Position numbers and translations under genes: made by a program. Shown here in pieces: positions 24,887 to 37,937 of a stretch of 64,000 nt of DNA. Numbering within the stretch: position 1 is the stretch's first letter; each line of letters opens with the position of its first letter. The notes beneath the pieces were generated by a model. It did no database searches and had not been told where the DNA came from. It saw nothing but the letters and a program-made list of their open reading frames with translations. This DNA comes from Octopus vulgaris. Taxonomy: Eukaryota. The stretch spans positions 9,734,001 to 9,798,000 of the forward strand of contig OX597822.1 in NCBI GenBank assembly GCA_951406725.2. Reading direction: 5' to 3'.

Positions 24887-24994
24887 AGAAACAAACAAGA
24901 TGAGGACAAATATCCGTCGAATGTAAATGTAAACAATGCACATAATTCCACATCTCTTAAATATAGAACTGCATACATATATATATACAAGTCC

Positions 24995-25115
24995 TCAACT
25001 TGTTCCATTTGCAAAAACGTTTACAAGCACAGCAAGCTTTAAGAGACGCTTTCGTGTCCATAGAACATGATTAACGCTTTATTTTACTGAACTCTCACGA
25101 CAAGGGAATCCATCA
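24995..25115 (+). mobile_element. Probable RTE LINE extreme 3' end
   Basis: Decayed C2H2-like CSICK..FTSTASFKRRFRVH, then CTCTCACGACAAGGGAATCC and an (ATAC)n tail. Confidence 0.4.
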
Positions 25116-25147
25116 TACATACATACATACATACGTACATACATACA

Positions 25148-25183
<36 letters not shown>

Positions 25184-25185
25184 TA

Positions 25186-25334
<149 letters not shown>

Positions 25335-26169
25335 TCAGATGAATTTGGTACTTAAGTTGAGGCACCAGAATTTAGTATGATATTATCCTATAAATTTCAA
25401 AATGGTGATTAAAATCAAAATAAGCAACAAGGATCTGGATATCCTTGTTGCTTATTTTGATTACACACACACACACACATCCACACACACAAGCACACAC
25501 ACACACACACACATCCACACACACAAGCACACACACACAGACATCCCCACGATGCAACTACCACAACATATCAAATGTGAGTGTGTATACTCCCCATACA
25601 TAAACCAGTACAAAGTCGTATGTACATCTACATAGATGCCATGGTTTGGGGAATTTATAGTGTTTAGTGGTTTATACATATACCCATTCATTTTTACAGT
25701 CACACACATGAATTTGTGTGTGCGTATATGAGGATGCATACATATAATAGGCGCAGATTACGCCAGAAAACATAATATTAATTTGATTTTGGGGGCGGAA
25801 CGTAATGTAGGGCCCAGAATATTTCTTGTTTTCGTATTCGTTTTTGTATTTGTATATGCCTATATGCATACACATGCCCCCTCATTGATATACACCTCAG
25901 ACATAGAGACAAACATACACTGACTCCTACATGCACATATATGTGTGTACGAGTACATGCATATGTACAAACGCGCTTATGTGCCTGTCTATATACGCAC
26001 GCATATATACATACGCGTATGAGCTTATTTTTGAGGGTTTATACATGTGTATATGCATGCATATGAATGTTTTTTTTCTTTCTTAACGCTTAAGCATATG
26101 TACACATAGTTCTGAATAATCAACATTTATTGCGATAGCTAATTAATACTTTGATATCCTCTAGACGGT

Positions 26170-26560
26170 TTGTATTTTGGTTTTTCTGCCCTGTGATTTG
26201 CATATTTGCATCGACGTTGTTCCATAGATATTTTCATTTATTTTCCATCAAGTGTTTATTCGTTTTTAAATAAATTTATTCTGAAGACTACATGATATTA
26301 TCTCGTATTGTATTCTTTAGCAAATATATTCGTTGTTGTCTAATTATGCTGGATTTCCTTGCAGTGTATAAAGGCCACAATCGCAATCAGTAATGTGAAA
26401 GATTCAATTTCGTATATGTTATTACCCTTTCAGTAGGAAATACCTTTCGAAACAGACTTTCGTTTTCTATTTAAAGATTTGCAGAATGTGTATAAGTGTT
26501 GTGTACATCTGGCTTTGAACGTTCTGTTTGTTGTCTAAGTGTAGCATTCGTAGGTTTGAT
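26170..26560 (-). mobile_element. Decayed Penelope-like GIY-YIG endonuclease fragment
   Basis: Minus strand reads YT*TTNRTFKARCTQHLYTFCKSLNRKRKSVSKGISY*KGNNIYEIE, resembling YIGxTxxxFKxRYxxHxxSF...LSKYIWxLKxxN. Confidence 0.5.
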
Positions 26561-27005
26561 CAAGAATAACAAAGCACAAACAACAAAATGTCAAACATTA
26601 GGAGGATAACCACAACAAACACTCAATTAAAACAAAATAATATATTATAGGGAGCCAATCATCAAAAATTATTTAGGAAAATATTAATGAAATATTAAGA
26701 AATGTGCAATGAAAAAGGTAATCGAAGACTCGACAATTTATAAAATCAGCAGAAGTAGAATGACAGTTCTCGCTTTCAGTTCGCAATGTAATGAAACTCA
26801 ATTCTTTAATTCTAGTGTGTGTGTATATGTGTTTGTGTGTCTATGCGTATGTGTGTGTGACTAGGTATATGCAGGTGTGTATATAGTATATAAAGTATAT
26901 AGACATATGTATATATTCCTATGTATAGATATGTAAATAGATATACATATAAGTATATGTATCTGTGTGTATGTATATATGTATATATATGCACATATAT
27001 ATGCA

Positions 27006-27084
<79 letters not shown>

Positions 27085-27193
27085 ATATATGTAAACGTAC
27101 ACATATATATGTATAGATAGATAGATAGATGGATAGATATGTCTATCTATATGTATATATCAGCATGAATATATATGTATAGATGCGCATTCA

Positions 27194-27249
<56 letters not shown>

Positions 27250-27766
27250 TGTGTGTACATGCATGCTTGTATGTATTTATGTATGTAGGTGTGAATATAT
27301 GTATATAAGTATGTGTATGCATGTGTGTACGTATATAAGTATGCATGAATTTATGTAATAAAATCTAATTTTCTATTCTGACCACAAAAGCTTAGGCGAA
27401 TATTTGAGTGGAAAAACGATGTAATATTATTGAAGAATTTCATATTTGACTGATCCCCTCTAATGAATCTATTAGAGAAATGCCAAACGATTCGCTTTCA
27501 CGCAGACAAAAGAATCACACAAACCAATATTTCAAAGACAATAAAATAAAAGGAATATATATATATAGCAATTCGAAAACTATAAGAATACAATACCAAT
27601 TAATGCAAACACGCACGCGCGCTCATACGCCCCCCACAAACACACACGCATATACACACGCACACACACACACTTTCTCTCTCTCTCTCTATATATATAT
27701 ATTTGTATATATGTATGTATGTCTATATTTACATATATATGTATATACTCACATAGATATTTATTT

Positions 27767-27852
<86 letters not shown>

Positions 27853-27911
27853 TCAAACACATATACATACGTGTATACACACAAACACAAGCACGCGCGC
27901 ACACACACAGA

Positions 27912-27960
<49 letters not shown>

Positions 27961-28169
27961 GCAACTAGGGCCAAGGAAGATAGAGAAACAAATAAAAAGC
28001 AAAATGTCGACCAGTCCGTCATGTTCGAAAGAATTAAGGCGTCTCTAGCGAACAGGGGTCTCCAAGCTAGACCCGAGGTCGTTAGCAGGGGCGACTCTAC
28101 ATTTTCAAAACAATTGTTTCGTCTTTTAATTATTAGTATTCACGACCGTACTGTTGCTAGTGTTGCTAT

Positions 28170-28305
28170 TGATGTTGATGATGATGATGATGATGATGAC
28201 GACGATGATGATGGTTTATGATGCTGGGGGTTTATGGTGATCATGATGATGTTCTTGATGATAATGATGGTGATGACGGTTATGGCAGCACACTCACAAA
28301 CACTC

Positions 28306-28367
<62 letters not shown>

Positions 28368-28455
28368 GCACGCACACACATGCACACGTTAGTTTTTAAG
28401 TTGTTTTGACTTTAATTATTGCTATACTAAGCAGTGGTGCTGTTGTTGTTGTTGT

Positions 28456-28501
<46 letters not shown>

Positions 28502-28660
28502 GACGACGATGATGATGATGATGATCATCATGATGATCATCATCATGATGATCATGATGAGGATGAGGATGAGGATGATGTTAATGATGATGATGACGAT
28601 GATGATGATTATGATGATGATGACAATGACGATGGTGATGATGGTGGCGGTGGGGATGGT
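28170..28660. repeat. (GAT)n tracts with a CA/TA insert
   Basis: Direct reading. Confidence 0.85.
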
Positions 28661-28850
28661 CGCAGTCATGCCTCTTCTGCTACCGCTGCCGATATTTGAA
28701 CATGGTATTGGGGATGACTAACAATTTCATTTATAGTTATTGTTGTTTTATATGAGATACATACATAGACACCCACACATACGCACATATGAATATGTGT
28801 GTGTGTGTATACACACACGCACACACAAACACATACACATACACACTATA

Positions 28851-28886
<36 letters not shown>

Positions 28887-29043
28887 TGTATATATACATA
28901 TAAATATTGCTATTTTTGTAGTCAGTAATCTGTGTTATTCAGAGAATCAGTAATTATACAACCCCCCGCTTTCCTCTTTCGTTTCACCCCCTACATTTCA
29001 TGTATACTAATTCATTTTGTTTTCTTGTTGTTTGTTTATATTC

Positions 29044-29081
<38 letters not shown>

Positions 29082-30142
29082 TGTGTGCGTGCGTTTTTAT
29101 AATTTTAATGTCTGTTTTTATAAAAATGTTGCAAGTGTCCACTCAGGCATCGGAATGTTTTTTCCTCCTCACCAATGTCAATATCATCATCACCATCGTC
29201 ATAACCATCATTATCATCATGAAATACATCAAATGCATACTAAGGTCGTTGTCATCGATTATTCTCCTAAACTCAAAATTGGTGTCTTTCTCCAAAATTT
29301 GAACTAATGTCAGTAAACCGAAAGAATCGTTAGCACAACGCACAAAATGCTTTGCGACATTTCTTCCGGTTTCACGTTCTGAACTAAAATTCCACCGAGG
29401 TTGACTTTCTCCAAACTGGGAACATACATTACTTATGTTCCACAGATGGTTTTAGACTATTAAAATGTTTCACATGATGAGTAATGGGGTCCCTGGGTGC
29501 AGAAAACCCCTTTTCGTGGGGTACGTACAACTGCTCACATGGTGCACACATTGCTTGTGCAAACTGGAAAAAACAGCTACTGAAATTATATAGGTATGTT
29601 GTATTAAATAGATAAACTGATGTAAACTTCAAACTGCGTTGTCTAAGTGGTAGCAATGATAGCTTGTTCTCGTTGTACCATAATTAGTAATTTGTTGGAA
29701 TAAAAACAGCTTGGAACGCACTATATTTATTATGAAAAATATGCTAAAATATGTTAAACTTTGAGCATCTATTCAACTATTTTCTTTTAGGGTCAGTATC
29801 AAAGTCTTCCTTCTATGCATAGACGATTCTCACACAAATATTCTTCAGTTATTGATTACAGACCGAAATATCGTATGTATTTTAACCGACTAATTTATGG
29901 CGTCTAAGACCCAACTACGTTAGTTAGAGACCGTGTCCTTAATGTGACCTTGCGTGCCCAGATGCTGCATCCATAATTGTTTTTGTTTGCGAACAGAGTT
30001 GACCTCACAATGGTCACATGCTGTTTACGTGAAGGAGAGCACGGTTGAGTCACGACTATTGATTCCTAACCACGTCAGCAACCCAACGTTACGTGACCCT
30101 ACCACGTTTGCTAGAGACCGTATCATTGATTTCAAGTGCTGC

Positions 30143-30376
30143 CTTTATTTCTTTATTGCTCACAAGGGACTAAACATAGAGAGGACAAACAAGGACAGAC
30201 AACGGGATTAAGCCGATTACATCGACCCAATTGCGTAACTGGTACTTAATTTATCGACCCTGAAAGGATGAAAAGCAAAGTCGACCTCGGCGGAATTTGA
30301 ACTCATAACGTAACGGCAGACGAAATACTGCTAAGCATTTCGCCTGGCGTGCTAACGTTTCTGTCAGCTCGCCACC
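30143..30376 (-). mobile_element. Nin/Deu-domain tRNA-derived SINE
   Basis: Reverse complement of the 55975 family, with the TTTCATCCTTTCAGGGTCGATAAATTAAGTACCAG domain. Confidence 0.85.
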
Positions 30377-30737
30377 TTATCAATCCCACCCCTCTACCAC
30401 GCCATTTCTTTCATGTAGATTTCTCCCATGTGGTGCTGTTGAGTGCGTTCACGGGCTTAATTTATCACATAGACGTAAATCCTACGTCGGCTGATTTTTC
30501 AGTGTGGTAGCGGCAGCGCCGACGGCCGCAAATGATAGTATATCCACTGACATATACCTCTCCCCCACTTTTCCATGACAGGTTAGGGACCGAAATCCTC
30601 CAAATGGACGCATGACATGTCGCTTAGTCGAATTATCCCATCGTTTACTCCACAGATGTTTTGTCGTCAATGCTGCACTTCCCCGGTATCGCATGTTTCA
30701 TCTTAACCGTACTATATATACAAACTATGCCATTTAG

Positions 30738-30767
30738 ATCCCGAACAAGTCCGGGTATCTCTGCTAG
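30738..30767 (+). mobile_element. Helitron 3' terminus
   Basis: Hairpin CCCGAACAAGTCCGGG followed by ...CTGCTAG|T. The 5' end was not located. Confidence 0.45.
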
Positions 30768-30799
30768 TAGTTGCCGTTATTGCTATTCTCTTTTCTTTT

Positions 30800-31032
30800 T
30801 TCTTTTACTTGTTTCAGTCATTTGACTGTGGCCATGCTGGAGCACCACTTTTTTAGTCGAGCAAATCGACCCCAGGACTTATTCTTTGTAAGCCTAGTAC
30901 TTATTCTATCGGTCTCTTTTGCCGAACCGCTAAGTTACGGGGACGTAAACACACCAGCATCGGTTCTCAAGCGATGTTGGGGGGACAAACACAGACACAC
31001 AAAGATATACACATACACATATATATACATAT

Positions 31033-31112
<80 letters not shown>

Positions 31113-31276
31113 ACGATGGGCTTCTTTCAGTTTCCGTCTACCAAATCCACTCACAAGGCATTGGTCGGCCCGAGGCTATAGTAGAAGACACTTGCCCAAG
31201 GTGCCACGCAGTGGGACTGAACCCGGAACCATGTGGTTCGTAAGCAAGCTACTTACCACACAGCCACTCCTACGCC
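30800..31276 (-). mobile_element. Full-length CORE-type tRNA SINE with internal (TA)n
   Basis: Reverse complement of the 63270-63660 family. Confidence 0.9.
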
Positions 31277-31887
31277 TATAATTTTCATTATTATATTTTA
31301 CCCTTTGTGACAATAAATATTTCTCTTTTTGTTTTTTGTCTTTATTTTCCCTTCTGTGTAAAATTTAAAAAGTAAACCAACTGCCCTGTTTTGTGTCGGC
31401 AAGATGTCTCATCAGTTGGCTCGTCATTTTGTTTTATATTGTTCATTTCTTTTTAATTTGCTTGTTTCAGCCAGAGGCCATACTGCGAAACAATCTGTAG
31501 GTTAACTTTGTTTTAAGAAGCCTTCTATAAAAAATGCTAGAACTGTTTTTTGTTGCTAAGCCAACCAGGATCCCCAAGAACTGGTCAGTTTGTGTTAACT
31601 TTTCTTGAATTTATCCTTCCTTAAAATAAATCTATCTATCTATCTGGATCGTTTTTTTTCCTCTTCACCTTTTTTCCTCTTTTTTCTTCTTTTTTCATTT
31701 TTCTTTTCTTTTGTTCCTTTTCTCTTTTTTCTTTTTTTCTTTTCTTTTTTTTTGTTCTTTTTTCCCTTTTACGATCCCTTTTGATCGAAAACCTACGCCA
31801 CCTTTTTTTTTTTCATCCCCCAAAAGAAAAGCTCTACCTTGTAACTTGTCCCATCTGTGTGCAGCCCTGTGTGGCCAATAAAGAAAC

Positions 31888-31888
<1 letters not shown>

Positions 31889-31957
<69 letters not shown>

Positions 31958-31996
31958 GTCTGTCTGTCTGTCTGTCAGTCTGTCTATGTATGTATG

Positions 31997-32036
<40 letters not shown>

Positions 32037-32037
32037 C

Positions 32038-32075
<38 letters not shown>

Positions 32076-32238
32076 TTATCTATCTATCTATATATATATA
32101 TATCTATGTGTCTATCTGTCTATGTATGTATGTATGTATCTATCTATCAATTTATCTATTTATTTATTTATTTATCTATCTACCTATCTGTCAACCTCTC
32201 TCTCTCTATCTATTTATCTATCTACCTATCTGTCAACT

Positions 32239-32273
<35 letters not shown>

Positions 32274-32286
32274 GTCTATCTATCTA
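31889..32286. repeat. (TATC)n/(TC)n microsatellite preceded by an AATAAA-bearing LINE-like tail
   Basis: Direct reading. ...GTGTGGCCAATAAAGAAAC abuts the tract. Confidence 0.85.
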
Positions 32287-32344
32287 CTTTTAATTATTGT
32301 ATGTTCTTATACACTTTTTATAAGATGCTGAATTAACAGATTCG

Positions 32345-32530
32345 TTACAGTGTCAGCAAAATGCCCAGTGCTATCTCTTCCGTCTTATTTGTTTCTGCGT
32401 TCGAAACACGCCGAAGTCAACTGTGCATTTAGCTTTTTCAGGGCCAATAAAATAAAGTACGAATCAAGTACCGGGATTGATTCGATCAATTAAATCTTAA
32501 CACTGAGAAATACTGTCCTTGTGCCTAAAA
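32345..32530 (+). mobile_element. Degenerate Nin/Deu-domain SINE
   Basis: GCCGAAGTCAAC...ATAAAATAAAGTAC...GTCCTTGTGCCTA. Confidence 0.55.
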
Positions 32531-32819
32531 AAAGAAACAAAACACCGACAACAACGATTATTACGCTAAATGCTGAATGCCTCGTTGCATTTACTCACGT
32601 TCCGTCACTTTCTAATAGCGTGTGCCCGGGGGTGACGGCTTTGCATTTCGTGTTTCCTCTTAGTTTTCAAACTTGTGTAGCATTGCGTTGCTTATTGTAG
32701 ATCCGGTTTCAGTTCATAAATATCAAACTGAGAAATTAAATGAATCCTTTAATAAGACACGTGAAAAATCTTTGGTCAGGAGCATATCATTTAGAAAAAT
32801 ACATGGAGAGACTTTGAGA

Positions 32820-33142
32820 TAGAATATTCTGTTTAACAGAAGTGGAAACTATTTAGCTTGGAATTTATTATTTATCAAGGAATATTGATTGGAATATAGC
32901 ATGTGACAAGATAAGTGGAAATTCTTTAGACTAGAATATACCATTTAACAAGGTAAGTGGAAAGTGTTTGGAATGGAATGTATCTTTAACAAGGTATATG
33001 GAAATTCTTTGGGCTGAAATACATCAATTCAACAAATTAAGTGGATGTTCATTGGAGAGGAATGTACCACCTAACAAGATAAATAGAAATTCTTTAGGAT
33101 GGAATATACCATTTCACAAGGCAAGTCGAAATTCTTTGGGTA
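32820..33142 (+). repeat. Diverged 42-bp minisatellite (~7 units)
   Basis: ACAAG anchors near 32905, 32947, 32988, 33031, 33073 and 33115. Approximate consensus TGGAATATACCATTTAACAAGGTAAGTGGAAATTCTTTAGGA. Confidence 0.75.
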
Positions 33143-33633
33143 ACATTCATTTAAAACTCACATAGTATTTATTCTTCAGCAATCGCTTTCATAATTCCCA
33201 GGTTATTTCTTTTCTAATTGCCAGGAGTTTGCTTTCTTGCTTGGTGTAACGAATAGAAATGAACCAAGGTAGTAGGTTAGGGCTAGCATTTTCAATAAAT
33301 GAAGCATTAAGAATCTAACAAGAAAAGTAAAACAAATGAAGTGAGAAAGAAAATAATGCCAATTCTTTTATTCTTCAGTTTGCTTCACTCGATGAACGGT
33401 AACTATGCTGAGCCATTATCTTGAAGCGTTTAACCGAAGAAATTAAGCGCATGTATTTAAGTTTGATAATTATTCCATCATTTCATTATAGCCGAACCGC
33501 TAAGTTACTTCAACATAAAACCAATATCAGTTGCCAAAAAGTGGGGTACAATACGAGCACAAAGACGCAAACATTGCACACATACATACATTCATACACA
33601 CACATACATACCAACGAAAGAAGAAAACACCTA

Positions 33634-33950
33634 CTCTGAACTATTGAGATATTCTACAGTTACTCTATCCATATTACAAGTTCAGGTTTATACCTGTAAT
33701 TATTGGGGTACTGGGATGTGTAGCAAACTACTCAAATGCCAGTCATGTGAAATTAGGCTTTTCAAAGCCAGAAAGGAGAAAGCTGATTCGAAGACTACAG
33801 ATCCATTCCATCACTGGAACTGTAAAAATCTGTAAAACTTTCTAGAAGTTTATCATTTAAGTATATATGAGCATGTCTAGATATGCAACAATATGCATGA
33901 AAATACATACATAAAACAAAACATACAAATCTGCACGCATATATACATAC
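33634..33950 (+). mobile_element. R4/Dong-like RLE LINE 3' end, same family as 8690-9143
   Basis: LQLLYPYYKFRFIPVIIGVLG..LGFSKPERRKLIRRLQIHSITGTVKICKTF*, followed by (ATAC)n. Confidence 0.8.
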
Positions 33951-34259
33951 ATACCTACCTACATACATACATGCATACATAATTACATACATAATTACGT
34001 ACGTACATACATACATACATACATACATACATACATTCATACATACATACATACATACATACATACATACATACATACATACATACATACATACATACAT
34101 ACTCAGTTGCTGGTGTTGAAATTCCAATGAAAGAGCCTTAGATCTAGGTTACAAACCGACTATTTCTCTATTGGTAGGAAATCTTGAAATAAAACTGAAT
34201 AATGACATGCATATAAATGTATATATACATGCATACTTGCATACGTACATGTATGACAG

Positions 34260-35082
34260 GTTTCAACTTCGAAATAGTCACCTTGCGCAGCACTACACCG
34301 GTGTCGGCGGTCCTGCCACTTTTGGAATCCAGCCTGGAAGTCGCTTTCCGTAAGCGAGTCGAGGACTTTCTGCGATTCCCTCTGGATCTCGACAACGGCG
34401 TTAAAACAGCGACCTTTGTGTTGCATTTTTATCTTGAGGAAGAGAATGGAAGTCCGCAGTTTCTAAATCTGGCTAATGGGGCGGATATGGAAGCGATATC
34501 ATATTGGTTTTGGCGAGAAACTTACGAGTGAGGAAAACTCGGTAACAAAGTGCATTGTCATCGTGAAGAATCCAATTCTTCGCATTCCACAGATCCGGTC
34601 GCTTTCGCCGAATCTCCTCACTCAAATGCTTCAAAACGTCGCAGTAGAACTCTCGGTTGACATTCTGGCCCTTAGGGACAAATTTCCGATGCATAATACC
34701 AGGTCGTCTAGATCGCTCTAGGGTGTGGTAGGACTTCTATATCGCTCATCGTCTTGCAGGGATGTTCTTCCGCTTTTGAAGCGCCCGTGCCTCTGGAAAC
34801 ATTGCGTGCGACCCATTGCCTGGTGGACGTAAGTTTACCGAATCATGCTCAATTTCTCTGTAAAAGACTTCTGTAGTTTAATGCAAAATTTCACATTGGC
34901 TCTTTGTTCATGTCCACGACAAAATCACAGACTACAGCATACACGTGATCACAAAAGCTCAAATTTTGCAACTTGCGTAATAAATACAGTGATGTCATTC
35001 GGCACACTGTCTCAAGACAGTATGCTGCAGTCTGTTGGCGCACTACAGGACGAGTCCGGTAACTTTTTGATACCACTTAGTA
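34260..35082 (-). mobile_element. Degenerate mariner transposon (irritans-like), internally deleted
   Basis: HRKFVPKGQNVNREFYCDVLKHL..WILHDDNA..LPYPP and ..AQGDYFE. TIR-like TACTAAGTGGTATCAAAAAGTTACCGGAC. Confidence 0.9.
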
Positions 35083-36079
35083 TTGCTTTTTATTTTCATG
35101 TAGTTGGCGTCTTTGAATTATTTTAATTTCTAATAATTCATTGTCATAAAAGTGTGTTGTTACGTTAACGAGGTATTGTGTCTAAGCTGGTGTTCCTGGT
35201 TTCCATGATATAAAAATAAAAATGAGTATAAAACAACTGAATAATTAACACTGCCACTTGTATAATGACACAAGATGGAGCTGATGTCAATAAATAAAAT
35301 ATATAACCAGCAATGGAAATAAAATGGAAACAATAAAAATATATATAAAATATTTTGTAATAAAGGAAAAAAAAGACGAAATAATGATTATGTGAAATTT
35401 GAAATGAAAAGACAAATTATATAAAAGAACTGCAGGAAGAATACACAAAAGAAACGAGAAAATAGCAAAAATGCAAAATTGAATGAAGTTAAGAATAAAG
35501 TAACAATAAAAAAACCAAAGGGAATCTTATTTCGCTAGTAAAAGCGAAAATCTCGAGAATAAAAGTATTTGAGAAACAGATAAAGAGATTCACTGAAAAT
35601 CTTATGTCCTAATATAAACAAAGATTATACAAGGTGTAAAAACAACAAAACGTTAAATGAAAATAAAGAAAAAAATAAATAAATAAATAAAAAAGAATTT
35701 TAGACAGGAAACAGAAAAGGAGAAAGTGAAACCGATCCATGAAATCACCGAATTAAAGAACGAATGCTGTATATAGTTTAATAAACAGGGATGAATATAA
35801 AATAAGCGACGTAGATTATGACTAGAAAAGAGACAATGCTCATCGTAAACAATAGATCTGTCGGATTAAACAACCATATATCTTATACGGAATTGCTCAA
35901 CGCGTTATTATTGATTTTTAACATGAATACAAGGTATAACATTTTTTACGCAAAGGTTCAGTTCGATTTTATCGATGACATTTTTGTTTGTCTTTTTAAA
36001 CCCTTTTAATGAATATAATCAAAAGAAGATGGGCTTCCAAGAGTGGCTGGAGGAAGGGCTGGAATTTGTTTTCAGATCG

Positions 36080-36554
36080 GAGACTTGATGTGAATGCTCG
36101 CAACGAGACATGATGTGAATGCTTGCAACGAGACTTGATGTGAATGCTTGCAACGAGACTTGATGTGAACGCTTGCAACGAGACTTGATGTGAACGCTTG
36201 CAACGAGACTTGATGTGAACGCTTGCAACGAGACTTGATGTGAATGCTTGCTACGAGATTTGATGTGAATGCTTGCAACGTGACTTGATGTGAATGCTTG
36301 CAACGAGACCTGATGTGAATGCTTGCAACGAGACTTGATGTGAATGCTTGCTACGAGATTTGATGTGAATGCTTGCAACGAGACTTGATGTGAATACTTG
36401 TAACGAGACTTGATGTGAATGCTTGTAACGAGACTTGATGTGAATGCTTGTAACGAGACTTGATGTGAATGCTTGTAACGAGACTTGATGTGAATGCTTG
36501 CAACGAAACTTAATGTGAATGCTTGTAACGAGACTTGATGTGAATGCTTGCAAC
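36080..36554. repeat. 25-bp minisatellite, ~19 copies
   Basis: Unit GACTTGATGTGAATGCTTGCAACGA; period 25 at 36121, 36146 and 36171. Confidence 0.95.
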
Positions 36555-37009
36555 AGAGCGGACTCATCTAAAAGCAGCTAACTGTCAGGCTGTGTGGTGT
36601 TGAATAGTGCAGCAAATTAAGTCAACCGCTCAAGAATACGAACGAGCCATCAAACGGGCTTCCACACTGTTTCCGTCAACTACGCTTTGGTCAACCTGAG
36701 CTTATTTGCCCAAACCGCAGCACCATGAGAAAGAACCAAAAGCCACATGCTTTCTAAGTGATCTTAATCACACAGTCCTGTTTTCAGTCTGAACGATAAA
36801 GAGCAAGCTTTAACGCGGTTAGATTTTTAATTATAAACTTAAAAAGCTATGCTACAGCATATCACACACTGGTTGACCTGTTTAACGATTGAACAATATC
36901 TGTACTAATGTATATCGCAAGTTGTTTAACCAGTTCCTCCACATATAATTCTTCTGCTGCATTACTGTACACCACCCCAAAGTATTTAAACTGTTACTGT
37001 CTAAAGGAT

Positions 37010-37475
37010 TCTGTTTTAGGGTCAGCAATTTTTAAAGGACTGAGGTTAGTCGATTAACAGACAGTATCCAAGACTAGTACTTCATTTTATCAACCTTGAA
37101 AGAATGAAAGACAAATTTGAGCTTGGCGAGATTTGAACTCAGAACGTAAAGAGCCGATGCAAATACAGCAAAGCAATTTTTTCTGATGCTCTCACGACTC
37201 TCCCAATTCACTGACTTTTGATGTTTTGCGTTTGAAAAATACCTTGTGGTTATCATATTGGTTTCAAATTTCGGTAACAAAGCCAGTAATTTCGGTAAGT
37301 GGGATAAGTCGATTACATTGACCAACCTCCCCACACCCACACCCAGTGTTCAACTGATACTTATTTTATCGACCCTCAAAAAGATGAAAAGTAAAGTCAA
37401 CCACGGCAGAATTCGAACATCTGAACGTAAAACCGACGAAATTCCGCTAAGTATTTTGCCCGGCGTGCTAACAAT
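37010..37475 (-). mobile_element. Two adjacent degenerate Nin/Deu-domain SINEs
   Basis: TACTT(C)ATTTTATC(A/G)ACC..AAAG(A)ATGAAA blocks at ~37078 and ~37358. Confidence 0.7.
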
Positions 37476-37684
37476 TGTGTTAACAATTGTGCCTTAAACT
37501 CTGTGCTTACAATATAGCTGACGGATACATGCATACATACACACATACATACATACATACATACATAATACATACATACATACATACCTACATACATAAT
37601 ACATACATACATACATACATACATGCATGCATACATACATACATAGATACATACATACATACATACACACACGCATACATACGT

Positions 37685-37937
37685 ATTGGAGCACTAGGTT
37701 TTGTTAGTAAAAGGAAAAGTGGATAAACTGGGATTTTCAGAGAGAGATATCGACCGGCTAATTCGTACATTACAAGTGCAATCTGTGAGTGGAACAGTAA
37801 AAATATGCAAGACTTTTCTCAAGTTCCAAATGTGAATTTGTCTGTGTTAACTACATCCCAAAGATAGAGCCTGGTATCTTTGTTGAAAACCAGTTACCTC
37901 CTCGGAGGAAGATTTATAATAATTAAAAAATATAAGG
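37685..37937 (+). mobile_element. R4/Dong-like RLE LINE 3' end, second subfamily
   Basis: IGALGFVSK..DKLGFSERDIDRLIRTLQVQSVSGTVKICKTFLKFQM*, with (ATAC)n on both sides. Confidence 0.8.

Larger units (their letters stand above)
24345..24970. mobile_element. Head-to-head pair of a tRNA-head + (AAT)n + hammerhead element
   Basis: 24345-24600 is inverted relative to 24670-24970. A box TGGCGTAGTGG at 24610 and B-box-like ATTCGATTC at 24655. A CORE-SINE tail is inserted at 24720-24780. Confidence 0.8.

Noticed and set aside
36080-36554. CRISPR-like appearance of the 25-bp repeats
   Set aside because: Units are contiguous with no spacers, there are no cas genes, and the context is eukaryotic.
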